DNA of 64,000 nucleotides from an uncultured virus (IMG/VR IMGVR_UViG_3300045580_000382) (Duplodnaviria > Heunggongvirae > Uroviricota > Caudoviricetes), in IMG/VR virus record IMGVR_UViG_3300045580_000382; one strand, written 5' to 3'. The notes below the pieces were generated by a model. The model was not told the origin of the DNA. It made no database searches and saw nothing but the letters and a program-made list of their open reading frames with translations. Made by a program: the position numbers and the translations under genes. The stretch's first letter is position 1; each line of letters starts with the position of its first letter. Positions 28,452 through 37,701 of this stretch are shown here, one piece after another.

Positions 28452-30400
28452 TGTTAAATAATAAAGCACTAGCGGCCTCGTTATCAGCAGGCCCAAAGAC
28501 TTACGTAGAAGATGTATTTAGTACGTATTTATATACAGGTAACGGTACCACGCAGACGATTACAAACGGGATTGATTTAGCTAGTAAAGGCGGTTTGGTG
28601 TGGAATAAAAGCCGTTCTTTATCTGGTGGTAGTGGATGGCATTTTTTATATGATACTGACAGAGGTGTTGACAGTTTACTTGCAACAAATAGCACCGCTT
28701 CTGCTTATTCAATTACAACAGATCGTCCTGTTTCTTCTTTTAATTCAAACGGTTTTACAACAAACTATAACGGTTCTTGGTTTTCAAATAACAGCGGATC
28801 AACTTATGCGTCTTGGACCTTCCGCAAGGCCGCGAAGTTCTTTGATGTGGTGACTTGGACTGCTGTAGGAACAAGTGGCAATCGCCGCATATCTCATAAC
28901 TTGGGTTCTGTTCCTGGTTGCATCATTGTTAAAGTCACAAATGCCGCCGATAGTTGGTACGTTTACCACAGATCGGAAGGACGTAGTAAGTATCTTAGGC
29001 TTAATTCAACAGATGCGTCTGCTTCCCAGACAGATGCTTGGGGCACGTCTGATCCTACTTCTACTGATTTTGGTTTTGCAGAAAACATATTTAGTGTTCC
29101 AGGATGGACTTATGTTGCTTACCTTTTTGCGCACGATGCCGGCGGCTTTGGTGATAGCGGAAATGACAACGTAATTAGTTGCGGGAGTTTTACAACTAAT
29201 GCATACGGTGCTGCCACTGTGACACTAGGCTGGGAGCCCCAGTGGGTGTTGTTTAAACGCTCTAATACAAGTGCTGGGGGCTCTCAAGATAAATGGCAAA
29301 TCATTGATAATCTTCGGGGGCTTGGAACAGCTGGAACAACTCAGCAAGTACTTTTTCCAAATGACACCAACGCTGAATCAGCCTGGCCGGTTGGTGCTGT
29401 GACTGCTACTGGTTTTGCAACAACAGACGCAGGTTATGTAGCTCCAAGTAGTACCTTTATTTACATTGCAATTCGCCGCGGGCCGATGAAGACGCCCACC
29501 GATGCAACGAAGGTGTTTACATCGATTACAAAAACAGCTGCTTCTGGACAAATAAATACTTCAGACTTTCCTGTTGATTTATCAGTAGACGAAGGAAGAA
29601 GCACTAATTACGGTGCTGCCTGGTTTGATCGATTGCGTGGGCGAGGACCCTATTTGCTTTCATCAAGTACAAATCCAGAAGGAAATCAAGATCCAACTTA
29701 TTATATTGGATTTGATAGTAACACCGGAGTATTTAACAAAAATTACGGAGGTTTAGGCGGAGGAACCTATGTAAACTGGTTGTTCCGCCGCGCCCCGGGC
29801 TTCTTCGACGTGGTGGCGTATAGCGGCGGTGGGACATCAAAAAATCACAATCTTGGCGTCAAGCCCGAACTAGCTTTTATTAAGGTTAGAAGTACTTCAT
29901 TTAGAAACTGGATTGCGGCAATACAAGGAGGAACAGGCGGATATTTAAATACATCTGATCCTATTAACGCCTCTAACTTATTTGTTGATCTTAGCAATGC
30001 AACTTCTACCACGTTTCCAATTAATGGTAACCCGGAAGTTGGCCAATCAGGTCAAACCTACATCGCCTACCTATTTGCTACCTGCCCCGGCGTCAGCAAG
30101 GTCGGCAGTTACACCGGCACTGGTAATTCAACATTGAATGTAAACTGTGGTTTTACTACCGGCGCACGTTTTGTATTAATTAAACGTACTGATAGCGCTG
30201 GAGATTGGTATGTGTGGGACAGTGCACGAGGTTTGACTGTATCTAGTGCACCATATCTTCTTTTTAATTCCACCGCCACAGAAGTCACAGGTACAACATA
30301 TATTAACTCTATATCTACAGGCTTTGGTGTTTCTGCAGGATCACCAGAAATCCCAGTTAATTTTACTGGGGCTTCTTACATTTACCTTGCCATTGCTTAA
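28451..30400 (+). CDS. Receptor-binding/tail tip protein with repeated beta domains
   Basis: Repeats FSTYLYTGNG, FFDVV, HNLGSVP, YIYLAIA typical of cyanophage tail proteins. Confidence 0.7.
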   Translation: MLNNKALAASLSAGPKTYVEDVFSTYLYTGNGTTQTITNGIDLASKGGLVWNKSRSLSGGSGWHFLYDTDRGVDSLLATNSTASAYSITTDRPVSSFNSNGFTTNYNGSWFSNNSGSTYASWTFRKAAKFFDVVTWTAVGTSGNRRISHNLGSVPGCIIVKVTNAADSWYVYHRSEGRSKYLRLNSTDASASQTDAWGTSDPTSTDFGFAENIFSVPGWTYVAYLFAHDAGGFGDSGNDNVISCGSFTTNAYGAATVTLGWEPQWVLFKRSNTSAGGSQDKWQIIDNLRGLGTAGTTQQVLFPNDTNAESAWPVGAVTATGFATTDAGYVAPSSTFIYIAIRRGPMKTPTDATKVFTSITKTAASGQINTSDFPVDLSVDEGRSTNYGAAWFDRLRGRGPYLLSSSTNPEGNQDPTYYIGFDSNTGVFNKNYGGLGGGTYVNWLFRRAPGFFDVVAYSGGGTSKNHNLGVKPELAFIKVRSTSFRNWIAAIQGGTGGYLNTSDPINASNLFVDLSNATSTTFPINGNPEVGQSGQTYIAYLFATCPGVSKVGSYTGTGNSTLNVNCGFTTGARFVLIKRTDSAGDWYVWDSARGLTVSSAPYLLFNSTATEVTGTTYINSISTGFGVSAGSPEIPVNFTGASYIYLAIA

Positions 30401-30402
30401 TC

Positions 30403-30900
30403 ATGGAACTCCGTAATCGCACTACTGGTGCCATCATTAATGAATCTCAGTTCCGTTCTGAGTTTCCTAACACCAGCTTTCCTTCTCAACTGACCGTAGA
30501 AATCTTTAATGAGTTTGGTTACGACACTGTTTTAGAAGGACCTCAAGCCACAACAATCCCTCCATATCAATACAGCCAACGTGATGGTGTGGTTGAAATT
30601 GATGGTCAGTGGTTTACCCATTACATTGCAGGCCCTGTTTTCCAGGACTACACCGATGATCAAGGTGTAGTCCACACAGCAGCAGAGCAGTATGAAGCCT
30701 ACTGCTTTACCAAAGATACCGAGCAAGCAGCTGCAGTCCGCAATCAACGCAATGCCTTGCTTGCTCAATCAGATTGGACCCAGCTACCTGATGCACCTGT
30801 TTATCAAGCTGCATGGGCTACCTATCGCCAGGAGCTAAGAGATATCAGTGGGCAAAGTGGTTTCCCTTGGGAAATCAACTGGCCTGTTGCACCTTCTTAG
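30403..30900 (+). CDS. Tail fibre assembly chaperone
   Basis: RNQRNALLAQSDWTQLPDAP...WATYRQELRDI...FPW.I.WP. Confidence 0.85.
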   Translation: MELRNRTTGAIINESQFRSEFPNTSFPSQLTVEIFNEFGYDTVLEGPQATTIPPYQYSQRDGVVEIDGQWFTHYIAGPVFQDYTDDQGVVHTAAEQYEAYCFTKDTEQAAAVRNQRNALLAQSDWTQLPDAPVYQAAWATYRQELRDISGQSGFPWEINWPVAPS

Positions 30901-30962
30901 TTTCAGTAATCTGTTCTATTAGAATAGTTACTATACCTGTGCTCCTGTAACAATAAATAGCC

Positions 30963-32012
30963 ATGGCGATTGACTTTCCTGCAAGTCCTACACTTAACCA
31001 AGTTTTTATTGTTGGTGCCGTTACTTATGTTTGGGACGGTGTTAAATGGACTTCTTCTGCAACAAGTAGTCCGTTTAATTTAGGTAGTGCAGCAGCACCA
31101 ACAATTACTTTCATTGGTGACAGTAATACAGGTCTCTTTTCGCCAGGTGCTGATCAAGTTTCTGTTACAACTGGCGGTACTGAAAGGTTTCGATTTAGTG
31201 CCACTGGTGAACTCCAATCTGTTTCTCTAGGAACAGCAGCAGCTCCTGTAGTTACATTTACAACAGATTTAGATACAGGTTTATATTCATCTGGTGCCAA
31301 TGAATTAGCTATTAGCACAGGAGGTACTCAACGAGTATTTGTTGATGGCTCAGGTAACGTTACAATTAATGCGCAAGGCGATCTGCGTTTTGCTGACTCC
31401 GACAACAGTAACTGGGTAGCTTTTCAGGCGCCAGCAACAGTAGCAGCAAACGTTACTTGGACACTACCAAATGCTGATGGTAGTGCTAATCAGTTTCTTA
31501 AAACTGATGGTGCAGGTGTTTTATCTTGGGCTGGCGTATCTACAAATAGTATTACGCAAGGTAATACAACTGCCGAGGTTATTGATACAGGTAGTGATGG
31601 CAGATTTGTTGTCACTACTGAAGGTGTTGAAGCATTTAGGGTTGATCCTAATGCTCGCCTTGGTCTTGGTACTGCTACACCTGCAACAAAGTTAGATCTT
31701 TCTGGTAACTATGGATCGAATATTGTTGCTGTTGCTGCGTTAGATATTGATTGTTCTTTAGGTAATTACTTTACCAAAACAATTAATGGTGCCAGTGCAT
31801 TTACTGTTAGCAATGTTCCAGCCAGTAGGGCTTACTCTTTTACTTTAGAATTAACGCAAACAAGTGGTGCTGTAACTTGGTTTAGCGGGGTAGAGTGGCC
31901 AGGTGGAACAGCCCCTACATTAACAACTGGCAAGACGCATTTATTTATATTTGTTACTGATGATGGAGGTGCGCGCTGGCGTGGTTCCTCACTTATTAAT
32001 TACAATAATTAA
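30963..32012 (+). CDS. Tail fibre protein (cassette 3), MAIDFP N-terminal module
   Basis: MAIDFPASPT...WDGVKWT; shares the DLRFAD..SNWVAFQAPA and DTGSDGRFVVTTEG blocks with 24436-26046. Confidence 0.75.
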   Translation: MAIDFPASPTLNQVFIVGAVTYVWDGVKWTSSATSSPFNLGSAAAPTITFIGDSNTGLFSPGADQVSVTTGGTERFRFSATGELQSVSLGTAAAPVVTFTTDLDTGLYSSGANELAISTGGTQRVFVDGSGNVTINAQGDLRFADSDNSNWVAFQAPATVAANVTWTLPNADGSANQFLKTDGAGVLSWAGVSTNSITQGNTTAEVIDTGSDGRFVVTTEGVEAFRVDPNARLGLGTATPATKLDLSGNYGSNIVAVAALDIDCSLGNYFTKTINGASAFTVSNVPASRAYSFTLELTQTSGAVTWFSGVEWPGGTAPTLTTGKTHLFIFVTDDGGARWRGSSLINYNN

Positions 32013-32026
32013 TAAAGGAGTTTTTA

Positions 32027-33031
32027 ATGGATCCCAATTCCAGTGTTCTATTATTAGGATCTTCAGGAACTAGTGTAGCAAGTCCAGGACAACAACAATA
32101 TACAATTCCAGGTACTTATTCTTGGGTAGCGCCAGCTGGTGTTACAAGTGTATGTGTAGTTTGTGTTGGAGGCGGTGGATCTGGGGGTCCTGCCTCTTCT
32201 TATGGTGGTGGTGCAGGAGCAGGACTTGGATGGAAAAACAATATTTCTGTAACGCCTGGCTCAAGTTATACCGTTGTTGTAGGAGCTGGTGGTAACGCTG
32301 GCGCAGCTCAAAATGGTGGAGTTAGTTACTTCATAAATACTAGTACAGTAGCTGGTTATGGCGGGAATGCTGGTCTTTATAGTGGAACCGGAGGTATTGC
32401 TGGTAATTATGTAGGTGATGGAGGAGGAAACGGTGGATACGGTGGAGGCTCAGCAGGATCTGGTGGCCCCGGTCCAGGAGCAGGAGGCGGAGCAGGAGGT
32501 TATACAGGAACAGGCGGTTTAGGCGGAGGAACTGATAGCTATGGAAGTAGTAATGGTGCAGGTTTTAATGGCAGCGGCGGCGGCGGCGGTGGTGGTGCTT
32601 TTAACTATGGTTCTGGCTATGGCGGAGGAGGAGGCGGCGGCGTTGGTTTACTAGGTCAAGGATCGAATGGAAATGGTGGTTATCTTGCTTCAGGTCTGGC
32701 AACAGGTGGAACTGGTGGAAGCAGTGGTGGTACTGGAGGTACAGGTGGCGGCAATAGTTCAGGCAGTTATGATCCCACTGGCCCTTTAGATGGAGGCAAT
32801 GGTGGATATTATTACGGTGGAATTTCTGCACAATCAGCAAGCCCTGGCGGCAGTGGTGGAAGCAGTAGCGGTTATGGAGGAGGAGGAGGGGGAGGTGCCT
32901 ATGGTGGAGGTGGTGCTGCTGGATATGGAAATGGCGGCGATGGACAAGGAGGAGGAGGAAGTGGAGGTGCTGTTCGTATAATTTGGGGAGCAGGGAGAAG
33001 TTTTCCTTCAACCAACACAGGTAATGTTTAA
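32027..33031 (+). CDS. Glycine-rich adhesin/tail tip protein
   Basis: PGTYSWVAPAGVTSVCVVCVGGGG...GAVRIIWGAGRSFPST. Confidence 0.75.
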   Translation: MDPNSSVLLLGSSGTSVASPGQQQYTIPGTYSWVAPAGVTSVCVVCVGGGGSGGPASSYGGGAGAGLGWKNNISVTPGSSYTVVVGAGGNAGAAQNGGVSYFINTSTVAGYGGNAGLYSGTGGIAGNYVGDGGGNGGYGGGSAGSGGPGPGAGGGAGGYTGTGGLGGGTDSYGSSNGAGFNGSGGGGGGGAFNYGSGYGGGGGGGVGLLGQGSNGNGGYLASGLATGGTGGSSGGTGGTGGGNSSGSYDPTGPLDGGNGGYYYGGISAQSASPGGSGGSSSGYGGGGGGGAYGGGGAAGYGNGGDGQGGGGSGGAVRIIWGAGRSFPSTNTGNV

Positions 33032-33041
33032 GAGCTGAACA

Positions 33042-33497
33042 ATGCTTATTCGCCTTGAAAACGGTGTTCCTGTTGAGCACCCTATTGATGACTACAATTT
33101 CCGAACAGCTTTTCCTGGAGTTTCTTTTCCTAGCTGTTTAACGCCAGCAGATGTTGAAGCTTTTGGTTATGGCTTGTATGAATACACTCAACAACCAGTT
33201 TTAGATAAATATCAAAAGATGGTTGAAGATGTTCCAATCAAAAAAGATAACGGCATCTGGTATCAACAATGGAAAGTTGTTGAGATGAGTGATGAAGAAA
33301 AAGGTCAAGCAGATTCATTTGAAGCAGAAAAAATTAGAGGCATCCGTCTATATAAATTGATGATGTCCGATTGGACTCAGTTTCCTGATGCGCCTGTAGA
33401 TGGTTCTGTATGGCTTGAATATCGGCAGGCGTTACGTGATGTTCCTTCTCAATCCGGTTTTCCTTGGGATGTAGTCTGGCCTGCTGAACCTGTTTAA
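33042..33497 (+). CDS. Tail fibre assembly chaperone
   Basis: SDWTQFPDAP...WLEYRQALRDVPSQSGFPWDVVWP. Confidence 0.85.
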   Translation: MLIRLENGVPVEHPIDDYNFRTAFPGVSFPSCLTPADVEAFGYGLYEYTQQPVLDKYQKMVEDVPIKKDNGIWYQQWKVVEMSDEEKGQADSFEAEKIRGIRLYKLMMSDWTQFPDAPVDGSVWLEYRQALRDVPSQSGFPWDVVWPAEPV

Positions 33498-33516
33498 GAA
33501 TCTTTTTTAAAAGTTT

Positions 33517-33547
33517 GCTGTACTTATCTATAATAGGTACAGCTTTT
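33517..33547 (+). terminator. Intrinsic terminator with embedded TATAAT (copy 2)
   Basis: Stem gctgtacttat/ataggtacagc plus T-run; 10 nt before the endolysin ATG. Confidence 0.7.
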
Positions 33548-33557
33548 TATTGTCCTT

Positions 33558-34802
33558 ATGCGTATCTCAGATGCTGGCCTATCACTCATTAAAGAGTTTG
33601 AAGGACTCTCTTTAAAAAGCTACATCTGCCCAGCTGGCATCTGGACCATTGGTTGGGGGCACACTGGCCCTGATGTTAAAGCCAATATGACCATCAGCGA
33701 AGCAAAGGCTGATGAGCTTCTGCGCCAGGATGTTGCCAGGTTTGAGCGTGCTGTTCAAGATTTGATCGTTGCCAGGATTAATCAGGCTCAATTTGATGCC
33801 CTAGTCTCCTTTACTTACAACTGTGGGGCCGGTGCACTGGAGGAATCGACCTTACGGAAGCGGCTTAATAACAACGAAGATCCCAATAAAGTAGCTGCAG
33901 AAGAGTTACCTAAGTGGGTTAAAGGTGATCAAGGTATCCCGCTACCTGGTTTGGTTGAGCGTCGTAAGAAAGAAGTGCTTCTCTTTACCTCTGGCCGTGC
34001 AGAAAAACAGAAGCAAAATGAAATTGATATTACCTGTACTGTTGATACTTTCCTAAAGAAAGAACCAATCCCTAGTGGTGATCTGCGCCCTGATCAAAAG
34101 GTACGCATCAAAGAAGATCGCACCTATAAAGGTGCAGAAGTTATTGCCAAGAAAGATAAACACACCCAGCTTGTCTTCCCTTACAACCTAGGCACCTGGT
34201 GGGTCTTTGATGAGCACTGGTATGGATTAAAAGGTGTTTTGAATCACCCAAAAGATAAGGCAGAGATTCAATATGACGGAGTTAAGTTAGCTGTTCCTTA
34301 TCAATCACAGCGTGATAACTACCGTGATGCCAGTCGTACTTGCTTTTCCTCTAGCTGTGCCATGGCTGCCATGTACCTACGGCCTGGTTGCATCAAGAGT
34401 GATAACGATTATCTCAAGAAAGTTTTTGCCATTGGCGACACCATTGAAGTGGATACCCAACTCAAAGTGCTCCGCCAGCTGGGGCTAAACCCAAAGTTCA
34501 AACAAAACGGCACGATTGAGGACATTAAGCAGCGCCTCGATGAGGACATTCCCTGCCCTGTTGGCATTCTCCACAAGGGACCTGCTAATGCTCCAACCGG
34601 CAGCGGACACTGGATTTGCGTCATTGGCTACCAGGATGAAGCCAAGAAGTTCATTGTCCATGACCCCTGGGGCCAGCTGGATAACTACACCGGTGAGTAC
34701 AAAAACCAGAACGGAGAAGGCATTCTCTATACCTATAACCTGTTTCAGCGGCGTTGGATGGTGGAGGGTGACGGTACGGGCTGGTGGATTGACTTAAAGT
34801 AA
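33558..34802 (+). CDS. Endolysin: GH24 lysozyme plus C39-like peptidase domain
   Basis: LIKEFEG...WTIGWGHT...QFDALVSFTYNCG; VPYQSQRDN...CFSSSCAM...GHWICVIGY...HDPWG. Confidence 0.9.
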   Translation: MRISDAGLSLIKEFEGLSLKSYICPAGIWTIGWGHTGPDVKANMTISEAKADELLRQDVARFERAVQDLIVARINQAQFDALVSFTYNCGAGALEESTLRKRLNNNEDPNKVAAEELPKWVKGDQGIPLPGLVERRKKEVLLFTSGRAEKQKQNEIDITCTVDTFLKKEPIPSGDLRPDQKVRIKEDRTYKGAEVIAKKDKHTQLVFPYNLGTWWVFDEHWYGLKGVLNHPKDKAEIQYDGVKLAVPYQSQRDNYRDASRTCFSSSCAMAAMYLRPGCIKSDNDYLKKVFAIGDTIEVDTQLKVLRQLGLNPKFKQNGTIEDIKQRLDEDIPCPVGILHKGPANAPTGSGHWICVIGYQDEAKKFIVHDPWGQLDNYTGEYKNQNGEGILYTYNLFQRRWMVEGDGTGWWIDLK

Positions 34803-34827
34803 ATTACTATTGCCAAAATGCCACGTC

Positions 34828-35046
34828 ATGGATACTGTCATTGCTGATTTAGAATCAGGCCTTAAGGAACAACTTGCTTCTTTAACTGATACAATCCGTG
34901 AACTTGAGGATCAAATCTTACGTAACAAGGAAGGTTATCTAAAAGTTCAAGGCGCTATCGAGATCCTCAATGTGCTGAAGCAACGTCAAGTTGATAAAGC
35001 AAATGAGCAAGCTAAAAAAGAACTCACTGTTCAAGGTGTAGATTGA
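34828..35046 (+). CDS. Small coiled-coil protein
   Basis: Heptad pattern; YLKVQGAIEIL. Confidence 0.6.
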   Translation: MDTVIADLESGLKEQLASLTDTIRELEDQILRNKEGYLKVQGAIEILNVLKQRQVDKANEQAKKELTVQGVD

Positions 35047-35285
35047 TGTTAGGGGAGTTCACAAAGGGCCGTTACCGTGCTCTGGAGCTAATCACAGAAC
35101 ACGTCAGAGAACCTTCTCGTGAACTCCGCTTAAATGCAATTGTCTGTGATATCACAGATGAAGATTTGCGGTGGGTTACCGAACGTGTCCACCACTTTCT
35201 TCTTAAGCTCCTAGAAGATGCAGACTACGATCCAGCCGATGTGGATCAAACTCTGTTTCTAGGAGAAATTGGTCTAACTGATTAA
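35043..35285 (+). CDS. Hypothetical protein
   Basis: Coupled ORF with an acidic C-terminus. Confidence 0.6.
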   Translation: MMLGEFTKGRYRALELITEHVREPSRELRLNAIVCDITDEDLRWVTERVHHFLLKLLEDADYDPADVDQTLFLGEIGLTD

Positions 35286-35359
35286 TCGGGATAGCAGGAT
35301 TTGAACCCGCGACCTAACGCTCCCAAAGCGTCCGCGCTACCAAGCTGCGCTATATCCCG
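35286..35359 (-). tRNA. trnP: tRNA-Pro(UGG)
   Basis: Cloverleaf on - strand: cgggata...gacgc-tt-TGG-ga-gcgtt...ggttcaaatcc...tatcccg-a; CCA not encoded. Confidence 0.95.
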
Positions 35360-35445
35360 TGGTAGGAGCGGTGGGACTTGAACCCACAAGGTCTAAGACC
35401 AACGGATTTTAAGTCCGCAGCGCATACCAATTCCGCCACGCTCCC
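35360..35445 (-). tRNA. trnL: tRNA-Leu(UAA), intron-less, CCA encoded
   Basis: gggagcg-tggcggaattggta...gcgga-ct-TAA-aa-tccgt, long variable arm, ggttcaagtcc, ends cgctccta-CCA. Confidence 0.95.
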
Positions 35446-35514
35446 AACTGTTTTAGTTTAGCGAGAAGTACAGGTTTGTGTGTCCTAATTTAATGTTAGG
35501 AATTATGAACAAAC

Positions 35515-35892
35515 ATGTTCCATAGCGAGAATGATTTACTAGCTAACTTAATTGTTCTTAGTCCTAAGTGTGCTCGTAAAAAATTCCGTGAATCTATATT
35601 TGAAGCCTGGCATTACAAATGTGCTTACTGCGAAAAGCAACTCTGTGATCGCACTGCTACAATCGATCATGTTGTTCCTAAACATAAAGGCGGTCATAGC
35701 ACCCGCAATAATTTAGTTTGCTGTTGCACATCCTGTAATAAATCAAAAGCATCTGAGCTTCCCTTTAACTGGTTTACTGATAAGCATTCCTTTTATTCTG
35801 AGGAGAGAGCAAGTAAAATTAAAGAGTGGCTTGAGCAAAAACCACAGACTGTATCTCTCTTTAACTTTCTCGATTCTGTTGTAACGGCATGA
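35515..35892 (+). CDS. HNH endonuclease (McrA-like)
   Basis: CAYC...TIDHVVPKHKGG...NLVCCCTSCNKSK. Confidence 0.9.
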   Translation: MFHSENDLLANLIVLSPKCARKKFRESIFEAWHYKCAYCEKQLCDRTATIDHVVPKHKGGHSTRNNLVCCCTSCNKSKASELPFNWFTDKHSFYSEERASKIKEWLEQKPQTVSLFNFLDSVVTA

Positions 35893-36095
35893 TGGATATG
35901 GAACCCGCAACAGATCCAAAAGATTTCCTGATGGGTTTTATTGAGCGTAAAAAGCTCATGGGCCAGCCAGATCCTGATGCACAAGTAGCAGAACTAACAG
36001 CTGAAAGGATTCCTCCGTACCTCAAGATCATTGGTACTGGTATCCCCAGCATGGAAATCACCAGCAAAGAACGCTCAGCTAACTACTACGGTTGA
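35889..36095 (+). CDS. Small hypothetical protein with FLxxF motif
   Basis: DPKDFLMGFIERKK; ATGA-coupled. Confidence 0.55.
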   Translation: MMDMEPATDPKDFLMGFIERKKLMGQPDPDAQVAELTAERIPPYLKIIGTGIPSMEITSKERSANYYG

Positions 36096-36099
36096 TGCC

Positions 36100-36387
36100 A
36101 TGGCAGATCGAGCTAAAGCAAAGCAGCTAGCTAAAGATCGCCTGGCCTGCAACAAACCACAACGCACTCCAGATCATCCAACTAAATCGCATGTAGTCAA
36201 GGCGTGCGAGAATGGAAAAGAAAAAATTATTCGCTTTGGCCAGCAAGGTGTTTCTGGCTCACCGAAAAAAGAAGGTGAATCAGAAAGCTACCGTAAACGC
36301 AGAGAAAGTTTTAAAGCACGTCATGCTAAAAACATTGCCAAAGGAAAAATGTCGGCTGCCTATTGGGCAGACCGCGTTAAGTGGTAA
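36100..36387 (+). CDS. Small basic conserved phage protein
   Basis: NKPQRTPDHPTKSHVV...KIIRFGQQG...RRESFKARH...SAAYWADRVKW. Confidence 0.75.
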   Translation: MADRAKAKQLAKDRLACNKPQRTPDHPTKSHVVKACENGKEKIIRFGQQGVSGSPKKEGESESYRKRRESFKARHAKNIAKGKMSAAYWADRVKW

Positions 36388-36392
36388 CTTCT

Positions 36393-36851
36393 ATGGCTAA
36401 AGTAAAAATGGAACCCAAGGCAGTTTGTTACTGCCACCTTGTTCAGTTATTGCGTGATACATCGCATTTGCTGAATCAAACTTATATTGTCCATTGGAAT
36501 CTAATGGGCAGTAAGTTTTATTCCATTCATAAACTGACTCAAGAGATTTATGAAGAGATGCAAGCTGGTCTTGATACGATTGCAGAGCATCTACGCTCTC
36601 TTGATATCAGTACGCCACTGAGCGTAGAAGATCTCAACAGTTCTCCGATGCCACCAATTCCGGAAAGCTGCTTTGATCAAGACGGCATGATCCGTGCATT
36701 AGCCATTAATCACAATGCCCTGGCGGAATCTTTTAACCAGCTAGCAGAAGAAGCTGAAGTTCTTAAAGATCAGCTGACCTTAGACTTAGCTGTAGAGCGT
36801 GGCCGCGCCCATAAAAAATTCCAGTGGCTTTTAAAATCTAACTTAGGTTAA
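36393..36851 (+). CDS. dps: Dps / DNA-binding ferritin-like protein
   Basis: HWNLMGSKFYSIHKLTQEIYEE...DTIAEHLRSL ferroxidase signature; HKKFQWLL. Confidence 0.9.
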   Translation: MAKVKMEPKAVCYCHLVQLLRDTSHLLNQTYIVHWNLMGSKFYSIHKLTQEIYEEMQAGLDTIAEHLRSLDISTPLSVEDLNSSPMPPIPESCFDQDGMIRALAINHNALAESFNQLAEEAEVLKDQLTLDLAVERGRAHKKFQWLLKSNLG

Positions 36852-36858
36852 GAAGTAA

Positions 36859-37026
36859 ATGAATAACCTTAAGACACAGGAACTTCTAGATCGCTATAAA
36901 ACAGCAGTCACCATGGCCATGGAACCAATCCGTGACGGTGGTGATGAGGACATGGGCGCCATGGGCACTCCATACTTCACCATTGATCAGCGGTATATTC
37001 CGTTACGAAATACAACTACAACCTGA
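36859..37026 (+). CDS. 55-aa hypothetical protein (not in ORF track)
   Basis: Translated by hand as MNNLKTQELLDRYKTAVTMAMEP... Confidence 0.5.
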   Translation: MNNLKTQELLDRYKTAVTMAMEPIRDGGDEDMGAMGTPYFTIDQRYIPLRNTTTT

Positions 37027-37082
37027 TGGTAGCAAAAAATTGCATAACTGTTAGGATGTAGAGACGGATTGGTAAATTTTCA

Positions 37083-37304
37083 ATGGATGCCAATGCCCTA
37101 GATCTGCCAATTGATAGCGAATTCGCCATTCATGCAGCAGCCCTGGCAATCAAGGACCTTGATCGAGATGAGTTAGAAGAAGCGTTTGTTGACATGCTTC
37201 ACATGAAGATGATGGACAGGCAAATGTTTCTTAGCATCTTGAAAGAACATGGTATTGATGCCGACATCAGCTTTCAATTTCAAACCCACAACCAAGTCAA
37301 CTGA
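37083..37304 (+). CDS. nblA: NblA-like phycobilisome degradation adaptor (copy 1)
   Basis: LPIDSEF...IKDLDRDELEEAFVDMLHMKMMDRQMFLSIL fits the NblA helix-loop-helix pattern. Confidence 0.7.
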   Translation: MDANALDLPIDSEFAIHAAALAIKDLDRDELEEAFVDMLHMKMMDRQMFLSILKEHGIDADISFQFQTHNQVN

Positions 37305-37306
37305 TA

Positions 37307-37696
37307 ATGCCTACCGTTACTTTCCAAGGTACCGAAGACACATTCATTGCTTCCAGCTCTGAACTCACCTACAAGGGTGATGGCATCCCTGGCAATGATA
37401 GCGGCGACCTTTGCCAGCGTGCGTTCCACGTTAACCCAGCTAGCACTGGTGACATTATTGTCAAAGTTGATAGCAGCACTGGCATTAACACCATTCAGAT
37501 CTTCCAAGAGGATGACTACACCGCAGGTAATGCTCCTACTGGTTATCTGAAATTCTTTGATATTGCCAAAGCAGGCAAAAGCAAAGGTGTTGTTGGCGTG
37601 ACCGTGACGGACGCTAGCAAGAATTACGTGGTGATCCTTACGACACCTGACGCCTACAGCGAAATCAGCTATAACGGTTCTGTCGTTGTTCCCTAA
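37307..37696 (+). CDS. Beta-sandwich protein, possibly capsid-associated
   Basis: C-ending codon bias like MCP; beta-strand pattern. Confidence 0.5.
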   Translation: MPTVTFQGTEDTFIASSSELTYKGDGIPGNDSGDLCQRAFHVNPASTGDIIVKVDSSTGINTIQIFQEDDYTAGNAPTGYLKFFDIAKAGKSKGVVGVTVTDASKNYVVILTTPDAYSEISYNGSVVVP

Positions 37697-37701
37697 GACT
37701 T

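Noticed and set aside
35286..35445. tRNAs as an attP site, or a group I intron in tRNA-Leu(UAA)
   Set aside because: No integrase or duplicated tRNA 3' end is seen in the window, and the anticodon loop is uninterrupted.
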